This document shows, one piece after another, positions 24,865 to 35,900 of a stretch of DNA of 64,000 bases. Both the position numbers and the translations under genes were made by a program. Numbering within the stretch: the stretch's first letter is position 1; the number at the start of each line of letters is the position of its first letter. A model generated the notes under the pieces. It worked only from the letters and a program-made list of their open reading frames with translations, had not been told where the DNA came from and searched no databases. Source of the DNA: Styela clava (lineage: Eukaryota); contig NC_135264.1 in NCBI RefSeq assembly GCF_964204865.1, positions 9,052,001 through 9,116,000 of the forward strand. The letters run 5' to 3'.

Positions 24865-25680
24865 ATATATAGAATGAGTGGAAACTTGCAAAGATTTGCT
24901 CATTATGGCATTGTTCCCTGCATTTTTACGTCGTCCAGCTAAATGGTTCGTTGCATATTAGGAAAACGCATTGCTCGCTGCCAAAATCCCTTGCTTCAGC
25001 CGAGTCGGGTGCGAAATTGGCCGTATTAACTTGACTTGAGGTCTTTAATTCTTCAATACATATTTGATTTTGGGTTATGTATGGTACGCTGAAAGCATAC
25101 AACTATGAGCATATGCTTATTGGGAATGCATATCTATTAGACAGAAAACGTATCTACAGAACAGAATATGAACCAGTCGCCGAGAGGAGTGCGGTTATTT
25201 ATGTATTTATTAATTGATATAACATGGGATTTACATATTTATCCAAGGGGAGAGGAAAGCCGAAAAGAAGGCCTAAATATATGGCGAACCACGGCCTCTC
25301 TCAATCATAGCTCTGTGATCCATATGAATCACATGGCTCTGCGAGCTATTCGTTTACTTATTAAAAATACTGATTTTAACTATAAATTACTCTGGGATAT
25401 CTTGCCATTGAAAACAAAAGCCAGAAATTGGAAGAAAAGCAGGGAATGAAATGTGTGTATTATGTAATGGAGAACCTGAGTTTGTTTCACATATTTTCAT
25501 GTATTGTAAATTTACAAAAAATATTTATGAAGATTTTGTTTTAGATATATTAAAATTGATTAGAATACATTTTGTTATCAATATGATTCTTGTATATTAT
25601 TTAATTTTAACGATCCTCTATATAGTCGTATAGATACTGTTGATTTGGATGCAATTATACTTTTGTAACCAATAGTGAGA
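24865..25680 (+). repeat. Left arm of long inverted repeat (partner 28312-29121)
   Basis: Sequence and ORF-track peptides at 25168-25633(+) are near-identical to 28359-28824(-). Confidence 0.95.
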
Positions 25681-25689
25681 AATATTTCA

Positions 25690-26090
25690 TGACTGCTATT
25701 AACTATGTGAGCTATTTTTTCTGCAATGCAAAATATTTCCTTCGTCTGCTATTTACTATGTAAATTAATATTTCTGTAATGTAAAGTAATTCCATAACTG
25801 CTTTTACTATGTGGGCTGTTTTTTCGGTACTCTCGTAGTATGTGTACCAGGTTAGGTTACGATTCTCCTTATTTTTGTTCTATTAAAAGTTCGGGAATTG
25901 TCTGTGTTACACAAGTGAATATCCCCCTACCGATAGAATTTAGTCCATTTACACAACTTGATATAAAGTAGGCGAACGAAATCAGTTACCTTCATATTGG
26001 TACACATACTTCTGGAGCACCATTTTTTTTGTAATGTAAAATATTTAATATGTGAACTAATTTTTCTGTAATGCAAAATATTTTCTACAG
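25690..26090 (+). repeat. Degenerate ~50-bp tandem repeat interrupted by a MITE (25826-26022)
   Basis: Recurrent CTGCTATT(T/A)ACTATGTG..TTTTTCTG(C/T)AATG(C/T)AAAATATTT units. Confidence 0.6.
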
Positions 26091-26587
26091 CTTCTGTATT
26101 TTTTATATGTCACTTTTCATTTCATCGATAATACACATTGTTCATTCTTTGTGGAGTTTTTGGTAAATTTACAGATGGAATAAGACCGACATTCAGCTTT
26201 TTCTGTTTCACAACTGTAATACAAAAAGGTATTCTTGAAGTATGTAAACCCAGTTGGTAGCCACCGGAACCATGTGTACCAGGTTAGGGTCTACTACATA
26301 CAAACATTCCCAAACTTTTCAAGCCGCACCCCCTTTTTAGAATTTGTGAAATCTTGCGCCCCACCTCCAAAATAATTAGCTAACAATAATAAGCTACAAA
26401 TAACAGTAGTAAGGCGTAAGTATGTTTTATTGGAAAAACATGTGGAAAATACATGGATGGAACGAAATAAATGACAAGTTTTGATATGTATAAAATTAGC
26501 CAAGTCCAGAAGTCAGTATTTTAAACTAATAGAGAGAGAGAGAGATTTTTTTTCGTTCGTCAAACCATGAACATATATAAATTATAA

Positions 26588-26930
26588 TAGGATAGGATTT
26601 ACATATTTATCCCGGGGGAGAGGAAAGCCAATAAGACGGCTTATCCATATGGCGAACCACGGCCTCTCGTCCGGTTACCATTCCAAGTCGGGTATGAGAT
26701 TAGTTTTACTGTATTGTTTGTTTTCGGAAGCATGGACTTGGTGGTGGAGGAAGCCGTAACCGACCAGCGGTTACGTGAACCACCCAACGACGGCGAGGAG
26801 TCCAGCAATCCTCTAGCACATAACCATCCCTGCATGGGATTCGAACCTGCGAACCCACGCAGAGTAATTAGAGGTGCGGTGGCGAGCGTATTCCTAACGC
26901 TTAGCCCGTTAAGCCACACCGCCGCGCCGC
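26588..26930 (-). mobile_element. Near full-length tRNA-derived SINE
   Basis: Minus strand GGCGGTGTGGCTTAACGGGCTAAGCG (A box) ... GGTTCGAATCCC (B box), ~340 nt, (CCTAT)n tail. Many other copies in the window. Confidence 0.85.
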
Positions 26931-27277
26931 TCAAAACAGATGCTCAGGTGTTTGACTGGGAGACAACGTTACAACATTTCGGGTCATATACCAGTTTGGT
27001 GTTAAATTCTTCAATACCCCTCATATACCGTATTCACTATATACATTATTCACAAGAATTTTTGATTTGGAAAGTACTAAATAATCATGTTTTGTCCTAA
27101 GATCATCATTTATTCAGCTGATAAGTTGACATGTATTGCATATCAACTGCATAAAAATGGGTTAGCGAGGATACCTGTTATTTGGAAAATTTGTCTACTA
27201 AAAATGAATGTAATAGGACATGGATTAGGAAATAGCAATGATACCCAATAGGTTATTTTTAAATAAGTATTACCGGT

Positions 27278-27565
27278 ACTAAAAAATAAATAAAGTGCTC
27301 ATATACATATAGATATTTGGATACAGAGCAAGTATCATAGAATGAAATTTAAGGCAAAAAACTGATAAAACACTAGAATAGCGAGTATAATAAACATTAT
27401 GATACTTTTAAATGAAGTATTACTAAAAAATAAATGATGTGGTCATGTACATGGATATTTGGATACAGAGAAAGTGTCATAGAATGGAATTTAGGGCGAA
27501 ATATGGGTGCAAGTATGATAAACAATTTGATATTTTTATAAAAAGTGTTACTAAAAAATAAAATA
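27278..27565 (+). repeat. Imperfect ~140-bp tandem duplication
   Basis: TACTAAAAAATAAA...GATATTTGGATACAGAG..AAGT.TCATAGAATG.AATTTA.GGC.AAA occurs at 27278 and 27421, with a third start near 27550. Confidence 0.7.
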
Positions 27566-28139
27566 ATAGATTATGGAGTTTCAGCAAGTGTGCTCATAAC
27601 AAATAAAAAGATAGCAATTCATTTACCACAGTGAATTGAATTCATTACACGTTACTACTTGCTATAACACAGCGGGCACATGATACCCATCGTGTTTTAA
27701 ACTTTTTTAAAGGTTTTGCTCGCTCTCCAGAACTCTCCATTTTTTATTTGTTTGTATTGTCAGATTGTGGACTTTTCAAAATAAACTATCTTTATCTATA
27801 TCAATGAATACAATATCCCAGGTCCCCACTTGGCTGGTTCATATTCTGTTCTGTAGATAAGTTTTCTGCCTAATAGATGGTATGTATTCCCAATAAGCAT
27901 TACAGTATGCTCATTCGTTCACTCAATGAGTGATTTTAATTACGGTAAATATAAAATAATATATATAATATAAATAACTTCATATTCCATTTTGCATCCA
28001 TGATCCAGTATTTATTTTGTTCAATTCCAGTAGTAATCCATACCATAATTAGGTTATTTTAATAAATGCATTGATATAAAACAATTAAAATAAAATTAGT
28101 AAATATAAAATACATATCATAAACATATAATTTTCTTTT

Positions 28140-28660
28140 TAAAATAATGCTTTACATAAATTTTTCAATTCCCTCTCAAATGGGTTGTTTATTCTATAAT
28201 TCTCTATATTTTTCTACATATTATGGCCATTTTTATCTGCTTTTTGAGAAAGGCAAAATGTGGTGTTTTATTTTCGAATATAATAGAATTTCTCATGGTC
28301 AAAATTTTATATCTCACTATTGATTACAAAAGTATAATTGCATCCAAATCAACAGTATCTATATGACTAGATAAAGGATCGTTAAAATTAAATAATATGC
28401 AAGAATCATATTGATAACAAAATGTATTCTAATCAATTTTAATATATCTAAAACAAAATCTTCATAAATATTTTTTGTAAATTTACAATACATGAAAATA
28501 TGTGAAACAAACTCAGGTTTTCCATTACATAATACACACATTTCATTCCCTGCTATTCTTCCAATTTCTGGCTTTTGTTTTCAATGGCAAGATATCCCAG
28601 AGTAATTTATAGTTAAAATCAGTATTTTTAATAAGTAAACGAATAGCTCGCAGAGCCATA
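28140..28660 (-). mobile_element. L1/Tx1-type LINE ORF2 C-terminal (CCHC zinc-finger) remnant
   Basis: DFNYKLLWDILPLKTK..W....CVLCNGKPEFVSHIFMYCKF, followed by KILTMRNSIIFENK. Resembles the L1 ORF2 Cx2C-E-H-F-C and W..RN..F motifs; contains stops. Confidence 0.65.
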
Positions 28661-29121
28661 TGATTCACATGGAGCACAGAGCTATGATCGAGAGAAGCCG
28701 TGGTTCGCCATATATTTAGGCCTTCTTTTCGGCTTTCTTCTCCCCTTGGATAAATATGTAAATCCCATGTTATATCAATTGATAAATACATAAATAACCG
28801 CACTCCTCTCGGCGACTGGTTCATATTTTGTTCTGTAGATACGTTTTCTGTCTAATAGATATGCATTCCCAATAAGCATATGCTCATGGTTGTATGCTTT
28901 CAGCGTACCATACTTCGAAACCCAAAACTAAATATGTATTGAGGAATTAAAGACCTCAATACGGCCAATTTCGCACCCGACTCGGCTGAAGCAAGGGATT
29001 TTGGCAGCGAGCAATGCGTTTTCTTAATATGCAACGAACCATTTAGCTGGACGACGTAAAAAATGCAGGGAAAAATGCCATATTGAGCAAATCTTTGCAA
29101 GTTTCCACTCATTGTATATAT
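28312..29121 (-). repeat. Right arm of long inverted repeat (partner 24865-25680)
   Basis: Reverse complement of the left arm with only scattered substitutions and small indels. Confidence 0.95.
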
Positions 29122-29752
29122 CAGGGATGGCGAACCACTGACCCACGGGTCACATAGTGACCCACCACGTTTTATTCGTGACCCGCCAAGACACAAATAA
29201 AATACTAACTTATCAGTGATAAAAATTTGTTTGGTCTAGTTCGGAAGTGCATCCATCTTCAGACTGTTTCACGGGTTATACGAGAACCAGATGCTACTTT
29301 GCATTTTATTAGCTACTCGCTTACAATGTCGTTGAGAAAACAAAATCTTTCAGACTTTAAATAAAAACCTAGAGATCTGAAATAACAATGGAGCAGTGTG
29401 AGAGTGCCTTAAATGTGGTTGAAAGCTGATCGAAAAATATAACTTTATCAAAGTCGATTCCCTCCTAACTCTTTGTAACAGTAAAATAATTTGCCGTATC
29501 ATCCTGAACGTTTTGGTAATTCATATGCATGTTTTCGTACTCATAATTTCATAAAATCGAGTGCCATAAAAACTCCCTGATAGAAGTACTGCATAAGTAA
29601 AGCACAAAACTACACCAACAGAAGCTTATAGGATTTGTTTCAGAAGTTACCTATAGATAAAAACATAGACAAATATTCGTAACCCACTCTCTTCTGTTCC
29701 GCGATAAAAATATAATTTTTGACCCAATCACAGGAAAGGTTTGCCACCCCTA
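29122..29752. mobile_element. hAT-type MITE (internally deleted relative of 36945-37826)
   Basis: CAGGGATGGCGAACC...GGTTTGCCACCCCTA. Flanks GTATATAT/GTATAAGT. Body matches 36945-37826 in reverse. Confidence 0.85.
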
Positions 29753-29788
29753 GTATAAGTCATCAATGGTAGAACAGATATCATATTT

Positions 29789-29969
29789 CGCATAGAAACC
29801 TAGTTCATGAAAACGCGCATCGATTGTCTGCTTACCACTGGACATCGCCGTTATTCTGCTAGCCTAACATTGAGGTACGGTACGTAACTACGATTGTTGG
29901 ACATTGCTGGACGTCTGTTTTTCGTGTAGGCATATAATAACCATCGTGGTGTGACCATACACAAAAGCA
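29789..29969 (+). promoter_or_regulatory. Upstream/5' region of gene C conserved with gene A
   Basis: CATAGAAACCTAGTTCATGAAAACGCG, GCTGGACGTCTGTTTTTCGTGTAG and GTGACCAT blocks shared with gene A. Confidence 0.5.
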
Positions 29970-32900
29970 ATGGAAGAGCAGTCAAAGAAATCTGGTGCCG
30001 GTGAGTTATTTTATTAAGTTTTTGGCTTATGGTTAATTCTGTAAATCGACTGCCGTAACAAGGTAGGCTAGATTCGTGAAACAATACGTAGACTACCGGT
30101 ACGCAATGCGGCTAGAGCATGCTGTTAGTGTTATTTATAAGTGATGTAGTACTGTAGTGTACCGGTACCCCACTACCGGTACAATGTTGTCTTGTGGAAG
30201 GCACGAAGTTCAGCAAAAATTTCGGAAATGTCTTTTCAGGACACCCAATATATTATGGAAATTTGTCACTTGTCAATCTCAGCCATGAAAAGACTCGGCG
30301 GTGTTGCGCATTGTGCTAAGCGTTAGGAATACGCTCGCCACCGCATCTCTGATTACCCTTCATGGGATCGCAGGTTCGAATCCCATTCGGGGATGATCAT
30401 GTGCGAGAGGATTGCTGGACTCCTCGCAGGCGTAGGGTGGTTCACGTAACCGCTGGTCGCTGGTCACGTAACCTGGACTGGTAACCGGACGAGAGGCCGT
30501 GGTTTGCCATATGATTAAGTTGTCTTATCGGCTTTCCTCTCCCCCGGGATAAATATGTAAATCCTATCTATCATTTCAGTCTTACTAGTTGGATGTTTCA
30601 GTCGAATACTGTATTTTGTTTCATTGAGACGATTATCTGGCAATTTGAGTTCGATATTTTAAAAAATAATACCGATACCCTATCTCATTTTTCAGAGCAG
30701 AAGAAACTAATTGTTGCAGTTATTTTTCTCTTGATTGTGATTGGCATAGTCGTAGCCATACTTGCGCTCCTTATGCAAGGTAATTGTAGTATATTTAATC
30801 AAAGAAGATTTACCTCGAGAGCCGACCAGGGAAGTGATTCTTTATTCTGGATATCAAATATTTGCCTTAGTGACTGTCTTTTTGTGATTCATCGCTCATG
30901 CATCATAAGTTTGAAAACGAATATGTAACTTATATGGCAATATTTCGCATTGTTTGATTGAAAAATATATATACCGTAATTGATTTCTTAGGAGATGAAT
31001 CGATTGATCCAAGATATTTCCAAAAAGCATCATGTGAAGTTGAAAATCCATCACCAATAGAAACAAATGCTTGCTTGAGTAAGTTTCTTTATTATCCTGA
31101 ATATCGTTTTCCATGTCAGTCGTGTTTATAATCTCATATTTAGGTTATTTCTCTTCGTTGCACATATATTTACATCATTTGTTATTATATAAGCCCAGAT
31201 CATTAGTTACATTTTTTTAATACAAAAGTTGGCTTCATTGGACTTGGGTTGCAAAATACAGCAATTTGTAATTTGTATCCAGGGGTCAATTGTACGTTTG
31301 TTTCATCGGTTTGTGATACTTCTTGTCCATTCGACTATGAGACTGATCCTGTAACTAAATGTCAAATTAGCTGCGAATGTGCACCTTCAGGAATTTATCA
31401 AGGGGATATTAAGTTTGTTCCTCAGCAAGTCAAAGCCATGTCTGAAGTAGGTATTGTGTTGCACTTACGTACCAAATAAACAAACAGTAGCAGTTTGTTT
31501 GTATTCTCTCTCAATTTCCATATTTTTACTTTCTGTCGGAATTAGATGAACTAGTTGCATGTAATTTATCACACTCATTGTGTTCAAATAAAAAAAAACA
31601 ATAGCTTGCGATAAAATTTTTGTCCATCCGTTTGGAAAGAAAATTATTCTTAAGCTTACAAGTGGGCTAATTGATATACAAAATGGATGCTATCTTCAAA
31701 TGTGAATTCTCTATCGGGTATTTTTGAATTTGGATTGAACATTTTCCAACTGCAGTTAGCAATTCATAAGTGTAGGCATTTTATTACTTTTCAATTCAGG
31801 CATTGATGGCAGAATATTAAAGCGTCGAATTTTATTAATTTGTCGAGTTTATATGCTTATCTATGTTAATATTCAATGGTACTGATTGTCAAACAATTTC
31901 TGTAGAAGTACGGATATGTCGATGAGGACGATTTTGATCTTTTTTATGGATCCAGTAAATCTGATACTATATTATGGAAAGAAAATGAAGTTAATGGAAG
32001 ATATCAGATTGGATATGTTTACGATTCTACAATAAAGCCATGTGAGGTTTCATTATATTAATATATTATATTATATTATTCATTATATATATGTATCATC
32101 AATTTAAGCTATAATATTGAATTCGATTTTAACAATTTGAATTGCTATTGTATATTTTATGAAAGTTTTATTTTATAAAACAACAAGGTATTTATTTTAT
32201 AAAACTTGTATTGTGATAAATTTCACTCAGCAATATTTGGAACAAGTCAAGATTTTATTTTAAAAGGATTCTAATACATCTTAATTTTTTTTCTTTTTAA
32301 TTTGGATTGGCGTAATTAAACTGAATTGTTTCGATGCCTGAAAAACATATATATTTATTGTTGATGAGTTTCTATGCCGAAAACCATACAAGTCCTAAAA
32401 AGAAAATTATTTCAAATTGTATCTTGAAACAATGCTAATAAGTAAACACATTTAATATTTTGTGCAGTTACACATGGAAAACAGGACATGCAACCATGTT
32501 TTTTTACTCACAATCTCACATAATACCTTGTTGCGACATTTAGCCTTTTTATTTACCATAATTCAGTGAGTAGAAGCGCCTGATAATGCAATATATTTTT
32601 GAAACAATTGAAACTCCCCATTACATTTGGAATTGATTATGACCGTAAAAACTGAAAATTTCCACCGAGTTTGAAATGTCTTGCGACTTGTGATATATAA
32701 TTTGAATGTGCTGCCCAAGAAACTACTAAAACTTTTTATTGAATCAAACACTTCTTGTTTGTTGCATTTGGAACAAGCTGTGGCAAAGAACATAGAAAAA
32801 GCTATGAAGTTGATGGCAGAAAGTATATGTATTGATTTTGTGCCTCATACAAATCAAGAACATTACATTGAGTTTGACACTGCTGATGGATGTTCGTGAG

Positions 32901-35900
32901 TATCAATGAGATTTTGTCAGTAGCCAGTAATTTTCATCAATGCTTTGACATAGATGTTCTTATTCATAACTCATGAATTGTCACCAAACAACTTTTAAAT
33001 GCCTATGTGTTCATTCAGAAGTGAGGATAGTTTGTAGTCCAATATTTTTTTTGCTTTTCATCCTTACTTTAGATTCACAGTATATTTTTTTACAGAAATA
33101 GGAAGTTTGTTCAAAAGCAAAATCATGCACATGCAGAAATAAAAGAGATTTCTGTTAATCTCAATTTCTTCTATTTGTATATACTAAGTGATTTATTAAA
33201 ACGAGTATGCATTCTTTTATCCAGGTCTAATGTTGGATTAGTTAAAGACTCAGAGACCCCGCAGAAAGTTTCAATTGGTCATGGATGTGATGATTCGAGA
33301 ACTGTTCATCATGAGCTCAAGCATTTGCTTGGATTTGGGCATGAACATTGTAGAGCTGATAGAGATGCGTATATTACAGTGAAATTGGAAAATGTTAGAG
33401 AGGGTAAGGTTTCTCAAGTGTTTGTAGAATATTGAATATGCTCAGCATAGATTTTTTAATTGATAACACTTTATTCAGTACAGAAACGAATTTTAAATCA
33501 GAGCTTTTCTATACAGATCTGTTACAAGGTCATAACAGTTTTGCAAAAAAATTATCTTCTGGGTTTTATTCTCGGTCTCTTGACTGTTGTTTTGTGTTTA
33601 TCACCCTGTTCATCCTCCCCTTTAACTAAATCAAAAAAATTTCAAAATTGAACAGTACTACTTCAGAATGACTACCCTAATTTGTATTTTGTTCCAATTT
33701 TTAGGTATGGAAAACAACTTTGTTAAAATAAAAAAAGAAAATGCTGTAATAAGTGGAGTACCTTATGACATCACATCAGTGATGCAATACGAAAGTGGAT
33801 ATTTTATGAAAACCCTCGGAAGATATACAGTGGTGGAATATGGAACGGAATTACCACTCATTCTAGATATGGGGATAAGATATACCGAATATGATGCATT
33901 TGAAATTAACCAACTTTATGGCTGCCTGGATCCTGTAACAACCGGTAAAAAATTGAGAAAACAGGTTCATCATACAGAAAACAACACACACCTTCTGGTC
34001 TGCTTATGACTAGGGCTGGGCATTTTCGAATATCTGACGAATTCAGATTCGAATCGAATCTCGAATATTTGGAAGATATGAAATTGTATGTAACTTTCTT
34101 ATTATTTTTCTTATTATTTTACATAAATTACTGAAAACGTAGAATACATTACTAACAATAAAAAAAAACACGTTTTCATTAAACCCCCAATACAGAAAAG
34201 AGTCATATTACAGAATTGCGTTAAAAAATATGGCTTCAATGAAAAAAAATGAGAAATTTACCCCGACCATTGGCAGAAAGAAAAAAACAAGATGGCGGCG
34301 ATTAGAAAATTTGCTCTAAACCAATTCGAATAATTTACTATTCGATTCGAAATGCCCAGCTTTACTATGACCAACCATGATTCTATCAGTTTAGTTAGTT
34401 GATAGTCAGTACAATTCATTTCAATGTTTTGTCACCAACCAACCTGTGATATTGAAGGAGTTCAGCAATCTATCCATGCATAATCATTTCCCACGACGAT
34501 TCAATTTGTTCTTTTACACAGGATAGCCTATAAGACAGAATGATATGTTTTTAGTTTACTCACGTTTAGAATTAATGGCTGTGCAGACTGAAACATGCAT
34601 ATTTCACAATCACAACAGCAGTTCAAATTTGTATAAATTGCTGATGCTTCATTGATCTTTAGCAACATGGACTGAATGGGGTGATTGGTCACCTTGTGAT
34701 GCAACTTGTGAAAAAGGAGAAAAATATAAATATAGAAGATGTGAAAATGCTGAAGGAAAGCATGTCATTGGATGTCCTGGTATTTATAATTATGATAAAC
34801 TAGAAATTTTCTAGTCTAATAATACCAAAGCAAGCCATTTTTTCAGATTAGAATAGAGATAGACAAACATGTGTGATCAAATATCAGAGGATCATCTTAT
34901 CATTCAAAACCCTGACTCATTTTCTTGTAATATAAATTAGGGCTGGAAAGAAATATATATTAGGACACTGGTTTTCAACTTTCATATTCTTAGTTCTCCA
35001 TTTTTCTATACTGTATTTAAAATTAGAATAGGCTGAGGACAAAATGCTAAACAGGCTATCCTCAGTCTGCCTAATGCAGTGCAGCTGAAAGTTGAATGCG
35101 TGGTTTTGTTTGTTTCGTTGTTTTCCACCAACAATGTTATATTGTTAGCAGATAATTGCTACAATTTGTTATGTGTAAGCCCCCTACACCAAAAGGGTTC
35201 ATGTGAATGTTTTGGTCTGATTACTTTACCAGACACATGTAATCATTGTGCCATTACTTGTTGTTACTTAGTAATTATTACTTGTTTACATGTGGTGTGT
35301 GTGTGAGGGTGTTACTTTGGTGATGGTTCACTCTAGTTTTTGACAGGCCTGGATAAGGACCTGTATATGTGTATCTGCCTTGAGGGCAAATAAACTTTAC
35401 ACTTAACACTGACACTAACTCAAATTCCTTTCTATTTTTTGAACTGGAACCGATGAACTCTCGTTGACAATATGGTCAATGAATGGATGGTTTTAAACGT
35501 AGGCCCCTAATGTAAAATTGGTAAATTTAAAGTTAAGAAATCATAGCTATGGTCATTGGATGCGTCCCGCTTTGAGGTCACAAAAATATGGTAACCCTAG
35601 ATATACAGTATATCAATGTTTAATGAACAGGTTGTGTGACTTCTATTTTGTGTACATTTACGATCCCAGCACGCTGATTTTGTCACCTAATCTATTCATT
35701 CACAGGAGAACCTCTTATGATTGAACCTTGTTCTATACGGACATCTTGTCCACCAAATGATGTCTGGAAAGAATGGGGAGAGTGGGGTGAATGTGAAGTC
35801 TCAGAATTCCAAAGCTTTCGAATGAGGTGTATAAACACTTACAACTTACAAACTCTAGATATTGGGTTCAATACCTGTGCTAACCACCTATCTCACAGTG

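Noticed and set aside
25168-25633. Duplicated small 'genes' (93 aa and 60 aa) on opposite strands
   Set aside because: They are the two inverted-repeat arms, made of a SINE fragment plus a stop-containing L1 remnant.
26830-26930. tRNA gene (A and B boxes)
   Set aside because: No convincing cloverleaf or acceptor stem. It is the head of a multi-copy SINE with a conserved body and tail.
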